From NCBI RefSeq assembly GCF_004010195.1, contig NW_025215230.1, positions 32,111 through 65,198 on the forward strand: a DNA stretch of 33,088 nucleotides. The letters are read 5' to 3'. The number at the start of each line of letters is the position of its first letter. Position 1 is the first letter of the stretch. The stretch is from Chiloscyllium plagiosum. Taxonomy: Eukaryota. The notes beneath the pieces are model-generated. The model was not told where the DNA came from, did no database searches, and worked only from the letters and a program-made list of their open reading frames with translations. Below are positions 22,301 through 33,088 of the stretch, piece by piece. The translations under genes and the position numbers were made by a program.

Positions 22301-22900
22301 CCCAACAGTATTCAAAACGGTGTACTTATTCAGGGGAGTGGCTACAGCAGTTGCCTGTATTATCTGCTGGTTCCTTTTCCGACCCCTGACTGTAAACATT
22401 TTGCCTTATTCTTGCACCTGAGGTGTGACTACCTCCCTGTAACTACTACTCTCAGTAAGCCCCTCCGTCTCCCAAATTATCTGAATTTCATTCGTGTCCA
22501 GTTCCAGTTTCCTAATGTGGCTGGGTGCAGTTACCGCAGAGGAAGTCAGCAGGGATACATGTGATGGCTTTTACCGCCCACGCTCTGCAGGAGGAACATT
22601 CAACTGCCCTAACCGATATTCTCATGATTTTAAACTCCCAAAGAAATGTAGAAAAATAAAGAGTATAATAAAACATTATTTTTCCCAGTTAGGGGCACAT
22701 AAACCTTCTTTAGTTAGACGAGGAGGGTGGATGGGAGACATTACCTAATTTGCGATTCGGATGACGAAACTACCCAAATATAACTGTTCAATTGCCCAGC
22801 AGTTTAGTGTCCGCTCCTACTTGGCGTGTGCTCCAAGGTAATTTTTAATCAGTGATTCACCTTCTCGTCAGCCCACTGATCGAGGATTCCGCTGCTTCTG
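19319..22900 (-). mobile_element. Near-full-length decayed CR1 LINE
   Basis: (CTATGTT)n tail at 19319. RT GNYRPVNFTS, QHGFMK, VVYMDFSQAFDRLPHGRL, VPQGSVLGP. APE NGRNIQNK, AISET, LNFPNIDW. ORF1 esterase remnants around 21865-22500. Confidence 0.92.
20454..21089. repeat. 318-bp tandem duplication inside CR1 RT (20454-20771 / 20772-21089)
   Basis: Both copies start aacatcaagctctttaccctcatc and end ga(t/c)caatgt(c/t)aaag(g/t)ct, with about 8 substitutions. Confidence 0.95.
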
Positions 22901-22914
22901 CAGCTGAAACAAAA

Positions 22915-23190
22915 ATAGGTCATGGTGTAAGGACAAGAAATGTTTTCTTCAAGCAGAGGGCAGTGAATGTCGGAAATTCGCTATTCAAGCGAGTCAGGGA
23001 GCGAGGTCACTGAAAATATTTAAAGACAAGAAAGTAGATTTTTATCTATCAGACAGTTGAGAGCAATAAAAGACTTGGGATTTAAGAAAATTTGGGAGCA
23101 AATCACCCATGATGTTATCGATGAGCAAGGGTGGCCTGGGGTTGTGGGAGCGATGCAAATTACCTGCTTCTGTTTCTAATGGTCTCATGC
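22915..23190 (+). mobile_element. CR1 3' fragment, old
   Basis: NVFFKQRAVNVGNSL-like remnant and a tail cctgcttctgtttctaatggtctcatg. Confidence 0.55.
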
Positions 23191-23802
23191 TCTGTTATTG
23201 GAAAGTTACCAGGTGTTATTTTCCTGCGGGTCCTGTTATTAAATGTTGCAGTCAGTGAAACAAATGCAGTTTGTGAACCGTCTGTGAATGAAGCATGAGA
23301 GCTGTACTCACAGTGAATCTGGGTTTACAAACAGTCCAACAGATGAAGCACAAGTTGCAGAGAGTGTAAAGAGAGAGATGAAGAGCTTCGTTTGGAACCA
23401 GCCTGAACTTTCCACTTGCATTTCCCTAATACCCCAAACCATGTGCAACAATCTTGAGGTTCTAAATGGTCTCCTCTGTTTCTGAACACGAGAGTTATTC
23501 TCCTCCAGCTGCTTCTGTCCAGTCGATTTGAGGGAGTGAATGGAACATAGCAAAGTCGGACTGAGGATCAAGAGTGGACCTTCAACCGCCGACATTAACT
23601 TTCGACCTGATCTGGTTGTAGTTTCAGCATCACTTTCATGTCGATATCGCATTATCTGTGACTCACTTCTCTCTCAAATGCTACTTCACTCAGCTTTAAC
23701 TAAATGAGAACAGAATTGCGCCATTAAATTGTGGTGAAGAGAGTCGCCAATAGAAAGGCCCCTTTAGCTTTTCTCCTCATGCCTCTCAGAGATTCCAGAA
23801 GT

Positions 23803-24975
23803 AATAGAACACGGAAACAGATCCTTTAGTTCAACTTGTCCGCATGGATCAAACATCCCAATCTGTGCTCGTCTCATTTGTCAGCATGTATCCCATGTCC
23901 AACTAAATCCCTCATATTCATGTAACCATCCAAACCTCTTTTAAGTGTTTAATTCTACGAGACTCTTCTGACAGCTTACTGTGAACACGCACCACGCTAT
24001 GCGTGAAAAGGTTTCTGCTCAGGTCATTTTCAAACCTTTACCGTCTCACCTTAAAACTATGCCATCTAGTTTTCCCCACCTGTGCTGGGGAAAAAAAATA
24101 CCTTGCTTATTCGCACTCTTTATGCCCCTCATGATTTTATGAACTTCTATCCGTTCGCCCCTCAGCCTCCGAAAATCCGGGGGAAAGCCTCAAAACATTT
24201 ATCTTCTCTTATACCACTTGAACCCATTCGACATTCTTGTGAATCTTCTCCGCACCCTCCCACGTTTTACCACGTGCTTCCTTCAGCAGAACAAACCTAG
24301 TTTTTGGTTACATTCTCAAAGTGGTCTCACCAAGGGCCTGCAATGTGATCTCCCAACTTCCATGTTCAACGCTTTGACAAATGACGGCAAGACTGCCAAA
24401 TGTGTTCATCACCACCCTGTCTAACTGAGACACAACTTTCAAGGAAAAATGCACCTACAACGTTAAGTCACTTTGTTCAGCAATATTCCACAGGTCCAAA
24501 CCATTAACTGTATAAGGTTTGTCAGCTTTACGTTACCAAAATGTGTCTAAATTAAACTCCATCTGCGACTCCTTGGTCCATAAACCAATCTGATCGAGGA
24601 CCAGTTATATTCGGAGATTATATTCACTCTCCACGACACCATGTTGACCTCCAACACGCCGCTGGTTACAGGCCTCGAGAATGAAAATCAAACCTCTACC
24701 ATCACTCCGAAGTTTACTTTTAAGCCAGTTTTGTATTCAATTGGCAAGGCACCCTGAAATCCATGTGACCGAACCTCACTAATGTGCCTACCAATCTTGT
24801 CGAAATGTTTCCTGAAGTTGATACTGACAGCGTCTACCATAATGCATTCATCCAAATTCCTTGTTACCTCTTCAATAAACTCAATTTAGTGAGACATGAT
24901 TTGACATGCACAAAGCCACATTTATTATCCTTAAGCAGTGCTTGCCCTTCCAAGTATCTGTAAATTACTTCGCCA
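23803..24975 (-). mobile_element. CR1 3' half, decayed
   Basis: Tail at 23803; YLEGQALLKDNKCGFVHVKSCLTKL (ORF 24864..25148) and RT C-terminal remnants. Confidence 0.8.
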
Positions 24976-25364
24976 GTGTTATTCTCCCATTGAGGAGAAA
25001 TATTCATCAGGTATTCACTGGCTATGTTATTTTCAAGACATTGAATAATCATAAGAATATCTCTCATTATCAGGTCTCTACTTAATAAACTAAGGCCTTC
25101 AACCCCTAGTATGCAAAGGGAAACATCTTTGAAAAATTTCGAAAGCACTTGTGTTTGTTTTGTCAGTTTCAGGCATCACAACTACACACAATACAACCGC
25201 TGCTTTCTCTGAACTGCCCTTTACAGACACAGAAAAAGAAAACTTTAAGATCATATCCGAGACCCTTTGCAAGAAGTATTCATTATTTAATTTCCCGCTT
25301 CTTCAGAATAACCCGATGTTACTCATGTACCAGGATGCACAAATTGCTCTTTAGAACATCGAGT

Positions 25365-26340
25365 TAGAACATAAACATTACGGTGCAGTGGAGGCCTTTC
25401 GCCCCTCGATGATTCGTTGACCTATGAAACTAATCTGAACCCCATCTAACCTACACCATTCCAAAGTCGTCCATATGCCTATCCATTGAGGATATAAATG
25501 CCCTTAAATTTGAAGAGTCGACGAGCATTGCAGGCAGTGAGTTCCATACCTCTACTACTCTCTGAGTAAAGAAAATAAATCTGATATGTGTACTAAATTT
25601 ATCGCCCATCAATTTAAAACTATGTGCTTTCGTAATGGCCATCGCCATCCGTGGAAGAAGGCTCTCATTGTCCAACCTACCTCACCCTCTGATTAGCTCT
25701 TATGGCTCAGTTTATGTCGCCTCTCGGCCTTCTTGTCTCAGACGAAACCAGCCGCAAATCCCTCAGCCTTTCCTCGGAAGATCTTCCCTCCATAACAGGC
25801 ATCAAACGAAAAGAAAACTGCTCGGAACCCTTTCCAAAATTTCCATATATTTCCTTTAATTCAGTGATCAGAACTGGACACAACACAACAAGTGCGATTG
25901 CACTTCGTGGATTGTAAAGCTGCAGCATTACCTCATGGTTGCAAAACTTAATCCCTCTACGAAAAAGTCTGATATAATTTATGCTATTGAATCAACGCTA
26001 TCAACCTGAGCGTCAACTTTCAAGAATCTACGTAGCTGGACACTGAGACCTCTCAGCTCATCTACACTACCAAGTATCCTACGATTAGCCCAGTACACTG
26101 AATTCCTGTTCCTCATTCCAAAGTGAATCATCACACACTTCTCCGCAAAAACTCAATTTGCCACTTTCAGCCCAGCTCTGCAGCTTATCGATGTCCCTCT
26201 GTAGCTTAAAGCATCATTCGTCACTATCCACAAATCTAAAGACCGAGTTGTCTTCCGTAAATTGACTAACCTATCCTTCTATGCGTTCATCCAAACCACT
26301 TTTAAAAATGTCATTACTGAACCCAAAAGTGATCCTGAAG
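25365..26340 (-). mobile_element. CR1 3' fragment
   Basis: tagaacataaacatt tail; FFTQRVVEVWNSLP and EERLRDLRL..RRPRGD. Confidence 0.88.
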
Positions 26341-26537
26341 TAATCCTATCATTACCAGGGAGCGTTCTGAGTTATCGCTCCACTTATATAATTTACTGAA
26401 TTATTATCCTTTCCCCAAAACATAAACTTCCCCTTAAGCACATACTTTTTGTTTCGTTGCCGATGTGCTCAGTAATCTACACTGCCTTTATCCCATTGCA
26501 GGCGCTCTGCCTTCACCGAACAACGTATTGAACGATT

Positions 26538-28115
26538 ATAGAGTCATAAAGTCATAGAGATGTACAGCATGGAAACAGAACCTTCAGTCCAACCCGTCCA
26601 TGCCGACCAGATGTCCCAACCCAATCTAGACCCAGCTGCCAGCACCCGGCTCATATCCCTCTGAACCCTTACTGTTCATATACCTATCAAAATGCCTTTT
26701 AAATGTTGCAATTGTACAAGACTCCACCATTTTCTCTGGCAGCACATTCCATATACGCACCACCCTCTGTGTGAAAAAGCTGCCCCTTAGGTATATTTTA
26801 TATCTTTCTCCACTCACTCTAAACATATACCCTCTAATTCTGGACTCCATGACCCTAGGGAAAAGACGTTGTCTATTTATCCTGTCCGTGCCCCTCATAA
26901 TTTGGCAATCCTCTTTCAGGTCAGCACCCAGCCTCTGACGCTCCAAGGAAAACAGCTCCAGCCTTTTCAGCCTCTCCCGATAGTTCAAATCCTCCTGGCA
27001 AGATGCTTGTAAATCATTTCTGAACTCTTTCATGTTTCACAACATCTTTCCAATAAGAAGNNNNNNNNNNNNNNNNNNNNNNNNNNNNNNNNNNNNNNNN
27101 NNNNNNNNNNNNNNNNNNNNNNNNNNNNNNNNNNNNNNNNNNNNNNNNNNNNNNNNNNNNNNNNNNNNNNNNNNNNNNNNNNNNNNNNNNNNNNNNNNNN
27201 NNNNNNNNNNNNNNNNNNNNNNNNNNNNNNNNNNNNNNNNNNNNNNNNNNNNNNNNNNNNNNNNNNNNNNNNNNNNNNNNNNNNNNNNNNNNNNNNNNNN
27301 NNNNNNNNNNNNNNNNNNNNNNNNNNNNNNNNNNNNNNNNNNNNNNNNNNNNNNNNNNNNNNNNNNNNNNNNNNNNNNNNNNNNNNNNNNNNNNNNNNNN
27401 NNNNNNNNNNNNNNNNNNNNNNNNNNNNNNNNNNNNNNNNNNNNNNNNNNNNNNNNNNNNNNNNNNNNNNNNNNNNNNNNNNNNNNNNNNNNNNNNNNNN
27501 NNNNNNNNNNNNNNNNNNNNNNNNNNNNNNNNNNNNNNNNNNNNNNNNNNNNNNNNNNNNNNNNNNNNNNNNNNNNNNNNNNNNNNNNNNNNNNNNNNNN
27601 NNNNNNNNNNNNNNNNNNNNNNNNNNNNNNNNNNNNNNNNNNNNNNNNNNNNNNNNNNNNNNNNNNNNNNNNNNNNNNNNNNNNNNNNNNNNNNNNNNNN
27701 NNNNNNNNNNNNNNNNNNNNNNNNNNNNNNNNNNNNNNNNNNNNNNNNNNNNNNNNNNNNNNNNNNNNNNNNNNNNNNNNNNNNNNNNNNNNNNNNNNNN
27801 NNNNNNNNNNNNNNNNNNNNNNNNNNNNNNNNNNNNNNNNNNNNNNNNNNNNNNNNNNNNNNNNNNNNNNNNNNNNNNNNNNNNNNNNNNNNNNNNNNNN
27901 NNNNNNNNNNNNNNNNNNNNNNNNATAGATTACATCGACCGCTCTGCCCTCATCAGTCCTCTTTGTTACTTCTTCAAAAAACTCAATCAAATTTGTGAGA
28001 CATGATTTCCCATGCACGAAGACATGTTGACTATCCCTAATCAGTCCTTGTCTTTCCAAATACATATACATCCTATTCCTCAGGAATCCCTCCAAAAAAT
28101 CTTGCCCACTACCGA
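26538..28115 (-). mobile_element. CR1 3' half spanning an assembly gap
   Basis: YRERLKRLELFSLERQRL..FFTQRVVRIWNVLP left of the gap and YLERQGLIRDSQHVFVHGKSCLTNLIEFFEEV..VDVIY right of it; colinear. Confidence 0.9.
27061..27924. other. Assembly gap (864 N)
   Basis: Run of N. Confidence 1.
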
Positions 28116-28189
28116 TTTCCCCTGTTTTAGATTTCCGATATCCACGATCCTATCATTTGTTGAAAGTTTGTTCTATGCCCATTCATTTC

Positions 28190-28850
28190 TGGGGAAACTC
28201 AGCATGCCTGGAAGTATCTGCCCAGACAGCGACACCAAATTAACAATTCAAGTCCAGCATGACCCTTCTTCAGAACTGAAAAAGAGTGGCAAAAATTAGT
28301 TCTTTCGATAGTCTGCAGTATAAACAATACAAAAAGAAGACAAGGTCATAGCGAAAGAAGGAAGGAGAATGTATGAACAATGGACAACAGGAATTATGGG
28401 GACAGGCTGTGTAATTATGGAACAGTACATTAAGTCTTACAGGCTGTAATGTAACAAAGTGTCAAGCGAGGTGTGACCATATCTTACGTTGAGCTTCATT
28501 GGAACACTGCAGCTGCCCAGATCTGAGATGTGAACATGCGAGCAAGGGAAGTGATTGGATTGGGAAGCAATTTGAAAGTCAGGGCTATTCCACAAGGGCT
28601 ATTCTGCAATTTCACACGAATTAGACATACTGGAATGATGAGATGTTCAGGGTGATGGAGGGTGTCACAAAAGGAAGGTTCCCGGTTTGATTTTAAAATT
28701 GGACCGGAGGTGAAGATGTGCTTCATTGAGCTGTACTGTTCGAAATGGTGGAAGTGACGGAGAGTGACGTTTTTGAATGTGGACTCTCTTGCAGTGGGAA
28801 ATTTAGGACAAGTGGATTTCTTTCAATTTTCTGGAAATGAAGGGTGAAGT
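28190..28850 (-). mobile_element. Penelope-like element 3' end (GIY-YIG C-terminal remnant and terminal repeat)
   Basis: cgttgagcttcattggaacactgcagc resembles the reverse of the PLE LQCSNEAQRKL.E.HL motif; the terminal region carries a minus-strand ctgaagaagggtc...gacttga core. Confidence 0.6.
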
Positions 28851-28939
28851 TGAGGGGAGGAATTACGGAGATGTCTCAGTCACAGCGAAAGGGACTATCC
28901 ACAACTCCACAGTTAGGAGTTGGTGATCTCTCAGTAAGG

Positions 28940-30140
28940 CGTGTCATATATATGGACTTTATTAAAGCGTTTGATAATGTTCCCCATGGTAGGCTAATGC
29001 AGAAAGTGAAGTCTCATGATGTGCAAGATGTTCTAGCTATGTAGATAACGAACTGGTTGAGCAACAGAGACAGACAGTAGTGGTTGAAAGGAGTTTCTCG
29101 AAAGAAAAGAAAGGTGACCAGTGGTGTTCCTCGGGGATCAGTGTTAAGGCCACTGTTGTTTATTTTATGCATAAACGATCTGGAAGAGGGCATTTTTGGT
29201 ATGCTCAGCAAGTTTGCAGATGACACGGAGATTGGTGGAGTAGCAGAAAGCATAAAGGTCTGTCAGAGAATACAGGAGGGTATAGAGAGACTGGAGGGTA
29301 GGGCGGAAAAGTGGCAGATGGCTTTCAATCCAGAAAATGTGAGGTGATGCATTGAGGCAAGATGAATTCGAGAGAAAGTTATACAATGCACATAAGAGCC
29401 TTGGGAAACGTTAATGAGCAGAGAGATCTGGGAATGCAGATCCATTGTACCCTGAAGGTTGCTGCACAGATGCATGGACTGAACAAGAAGACATTTTGTA
29501 TGCTTGCCTTCAATGGACGGGGTATTGAGTATAAGAACTGGCAAGTCATGTTAAAATTGTACAAGACATTGGTTCGGCCACATTTAGAATACTGTGTACA
29601 GTTATTGTCGCCACATTAACAAAAGGATATAGACGCCGTGGAGAGAGTGCAGAGAAGGTTAACGAAGATGTTGGATGGTATGGAAGGTGCTGGCAATGAA
29701 GAAAAGTTGGGTAGGTTAGGTTTATCTTCATTCGAACAAAAGAGATTGAGGTGGGACCTGATAGAGATTTACAAAATCATGAAGGGTATAGACAGGGTGG
29801 ATAGAGGCAAACTTTTGCACAGGGTGAAGTATTTAATAATGAGAGTTCACCCAGTCAAGGTGAGAGGTTGAAAGTTTAAGGGGGACACTCGCGGCCAGTA
29901 CTTCACACAGAGGGTGGAGGGCGTTTAGAACGCGTTGTCAGCAGGGCGAGTAGAGGCAGGCATGGAAAATTCATTTAAGAAGCGTCTGGACAACTGCATG
30001 TGTAAGTTCGGAGCAGAGGAATACATATACTTTGTAATTGACTGACAGGTTTTGACAGTGCATTTCGATCAGCTGAGGCTTGAAGGGCCGAAGGGCCTGT
30101 TCCTAGGCTGTAAATTTGCTTTGTTTTTGTTCTTTGTTCT
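28940..30140 (+). mobile_element. CR1 RT 3' half
   Basis: IYMDFIKAFDNVPHGRL, VTSGVPRGSVL, SKFADDTEIGG, LYKTLVRPHLEYCVQ and a 3' tail (TTTGTTC)n. Confidence 0.93.
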
Positions 30141-30479
30141 CGTCTATCTCAATGGAAGGAAAGGGAAGTCATGTTGGAAACTTTCCACTGGAATGTGGTA
30201 CACATGGAACAGAAGTGACAGGGAAGGCTGGGACAATTGTGTTACTCACAGCTGACCATAGGTTCGACCACATGTAGAAGTCCCCCTCAATCGATTGGAA
30301 AGAACCAATTGTCTAAATTGCAAAATTTTTGTCTTCTATCTTGTCGAAAGCAGGATGCGAAATTCGACCCAGGGAAAGTCATTGGGTGTACAGTGGCAGA
30401 AAACTAAGGAAATATTTCATAACGCACATACATTATTCATTCTGATAAAGAATAGGACTCAGTGAGACGATGATTGTTT

Positions 30480-31443
30480 TGAATTATTGTCACGTGTGCC
30501 TAATTGAAGTGAAAAACTTTGTTTGTGATCAGTGCAAGCAAATCTCAGAGACCAAGAATAGACCAATCATCAGGGACAAAACATAAACTCAAACAGCTTA
30601 ACCCAAACAGGTTCGACTACACAGGACCTGCACTCGGCAAGATCATCATTAACAAGATGAGCACAATGTGAAGTAACGGAGTCCATTCACTAGTGTAATT
30701 ACTGTCGGGAAGAAATTGTTCTTGAACCTGCTGTTGAATTTTCTCAAGCTTCTGCATCGTCCGCCTGATGAAAGAGGCTGTAGAAGAACATTAACGGTAT
30801 TAGATGGGTCTTTGATGGTGTTGCAAGCCTTTCTGCGACTGAACCGTACGAATGGAGTCCATGGAAGGAAGGATGGCTAGCATCATGATCCGGGTTGGGC
30901 CAACAAACTTCTGTGGTTGCATAGAGTTCCGGGAAGTTCCGTTGCAGTACTAAGCCATTACCCATGCATACGCCCTCCCAAGCAACGTGTATAGCATGCT
31001 TTCAATGGTAGATCTGTAAAAGGTAGGTAACGTCCGTTCAAAGTTAACTTACATGAGGCACCTGAGGAAGGAGGAGCGTTGTTCGCCTTCTTCACTGTTG
31101 CATCTGTGTGAGAATTCCAGGACGGATTGTCTGTGATCGTCACTCCGAGGAACTTGACGCTATCCAAAGTAGGAGAAAGTGAGATCTGCAGGTGCTGGAG
31201 AGTCAGATTCGAAAATTGTGGCATTGTAAATGCATAGCAGGTCAGGTACCATCCGAAATACAGGAGAATCGGCGTTTAGGGCATTATGCTCGAAACGTCA
31301 ACTGCCCCGCTCCTGGGATGCTACCTGACCTGCTGTGCTCTCCACCCTCTCAACTCCACTCCATTGATGTAAATGGGGGCGCGGTAGCTTCAATTTTTGG
31401 CTGCAGTCAATGATAATTTCTTTAGTGTTGCCGACATTGAGAG
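30480..31443 (-). mobile_element. Rex1/Babar-type LINE 3' fragment
   Basis: LNVGNTKEIIID...GVERVE / DSVKFLGVTITDNPSWNSHTDATVKKA, and FYSL..SGRR plus NSFFP-like remnants. Confidence 0.85.
31167..31338. repeat. Palindromic insert made of two inverted Penelope-like terminal segments
   Basis: 31232-31283 is the reverse complement of 31287-31338 (about 70% identity, 3-nt spacer); it interrupts the Rex1 fragment. Confidence 0.75.
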
Positions 31444-31572
31444 NNNNNNNNNNNNNNNNNNNNNNNNNNNNNNNNNNNNNNNNNNNNNNNNNNNNNNNNN
31501 NNNNNNNNNNNNNNNNNNNNNNNNNNNNNNNNNNNNNNNNNNNNNNNNNNNNNNNNNNNNNNNNNNNNNNNN
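31444..31572. other. Assembly gap (129 N)
   Basis: Run of N. Confidence 1.
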
Positions 31573-33088
31573 TGAATATTTTGCACCAGTATTTACTGTG
31601 GAAAAGGATATGGAAGATATAGACTGTAGGGAAATAGATAGTGACATCTTGCAAAACGTCCAGATTACAGAGGAGGAAGTGCCGGATGTTAAAGGTGGGT
31701 AATTCCCCAGGACCCTTGAAACAGTAAAAGGAGAATAAATCCCCAGGACCTGATCAGATGTTCCCGAGAACTCTGTGGGAAGCTAGAAATGTGGTTGCTG
31801 GGCCTCTTGCTGAGATATTTGTATTATCAATAGTCACAGGTGAGGTGCTGGAAGACTGGAAGTTGGCAAACGTGGTGCCACTGTTTAAGAAGAGTGGTAA
31901 GGACAAGCCAGGGAATATGGACTGGTGAGCTTGACCTAGGTAACGGGCAAATTGTTGGAGGGAATCCTGAGGGACAGGATGTACATGTATTTGGAAAGGC
32001 AAGGACTGATTCGGGATAGACAACATGGCTTTGTGCGTGGGAAATCATGTCTCACAAACGTTATTGAGTTTTTAATGAAGCAACAAAGAAGATTGATGAG
32101 GGCAGAGCTGTAGATGTGATCTATATGGACTTCAGGAAGGCGTTCGACAAGGTTCACCATTGGAGACTGATTAGCAAGGCTAGATCTCATGGAATACAGG
32201 GAGAACTAGCCATTTGGATACAGAACTGGCTCAAAGGTAGAAGACAGAGGGTAGTGGTGGAGAGTTGTTTTATAGACTGGAGGCCTGTGACCAGTGGAGT
32301 GCCACAAGGATTGTGCTCGGCCCTCTATTTTTTGTCATTTACGTAAACGATTTGGATGCGAGCATAAGAGGTACAGTTAGTAGGTTTCCAGATGACACCA
32401 AAGTTGGAGGTGTAGTGGACAGCGAAGACGGTTACCTCCGATACAACAGGATATTGACCAGATGAGCCAATAGGCTGAGAATTGGCAGATGGAGTTTAAT
32501 TCAGATAAATCCGAGGTACTGCATTTTGGGAAAGCAAATCTTAGCAGGACTTATACACTTAATGGTAAGGTCCTCAGGAGGGTTGCTGAACAAAGAGACT
32601 TTGCAGTGCAGTTCATAGCTCCTTGAAAGTGGAGTCGCAGGTAGATAGGATAGTGAAGAAGGCGTTTGGTATGCTCTCCTTTATTGGTCAGAGTATTGAG
32701 TACAGGAGTTGGGAGGTCAAGTTGCAGCTGTACAGGACATTGGTTAGGCCGCTGTGGAATATTGCGTGCAATTCTGGTCTCCTTCCTATCGGAAAGATGT
32801 TGTGAAACCTGAAAAGGTTCAGGAAAGATTTGCAAGAATGTTGCCAGGGTTGGGGTATCTGAGTTACAGAGAGAGGCTGAACAGGCTAGGGCTGTTTTCC
32901 CTGGAGCGTCGGAAGCTGAGGGATGACCTTATGGAGGTTTACAAAATTATGACGGGCATGGATAGGATAAATAGGCAAAGTCTTTTCCCTGTGGTTGGAG
33001 AGTTCAGAACTGGAGGGCATAGGTTTAGGGTGAGAGGGGAAAGATATAAAAGAGACCTAAGGGGCAACCTTTTCACGCAGAGCATGGT
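31573..33088 (+). mobile_element. CR1 ORF2 RT region, relatively young, runs off the window
   Basis: EYFAPVFT, KSPGPD, EDWKLANVVPLFKK, QHGFVRGKSCLTN, YMDFRKAFDKV, TSGVPQG, RFPDDTKVGG and LYRTLVRP; several frameshifts. Confidence 0.95.

Noticed and set aside
25173..25354. Acceptor-like site plus open frame as GPCR exon 2
   Set aside because: The phase is compatible, but the peptide (GITTTHNTTAAF...) has no TM1-TM2 GPCR features and stops after about 60 codons.
27061..27924. Gap as the hiding place of GPCR exon 2 (similar size)
   Set aside because: Both flanks are colinear parts of one minus-strand CR1, and the gap fits the missing RT segment.
27032..28095. Long ORFs of 298 and 352 aa (also those at 31298-31702)
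   Set aside because: They are artefacts of translating N runs.
1..33088. CRISPR arrays or prokaryotic operon/defence systems
   Set aside because: There is no repeat-spacer array or dense coding, and the content is vertebrate retroelement-rich DNA.

Overview
Vertebrate genomic DNA, almost certainly from a cartilaginous fish (shark), inferred from an HE1-type SINE, many CR1 LINEs with (CTATGTT)n-like tails, and Penelope and Rex1/Babar relics. Most of the window is decayed retroelements, with two N gaps. The one convincing host gene feature is a plus-strand first coding exon (8850-9024) of a GPR139/GPR142-like class A GPCR, with a TATA-like promoter; no exon 2 was found. About 740 bp into its intron, antisense, lies an old defective endogenous retrovirus (about 9763-15998). 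It has two diverged LTRs, a tRNA-Ser PBS, gag with a CCHC knuckle, a UGA in frame with the protease, an RT core, a deletion removing RNase H and integrase, and env. Two features stand out. (1) The pol looks foamy/snakehead/lokiretrovirus-like (LDIANGFW) while the Env is gamma-type. (2) The ~650-nt leader between PBS and gag folds back on itself (about 130 bp of pairing at about 88% identity), better conserved than the LTR pair. There are also three 0.3-0.5 kb tandem duplications. All family calls come from motif recognition by eye, without database searches, and boundaries of old repeats are approximate.
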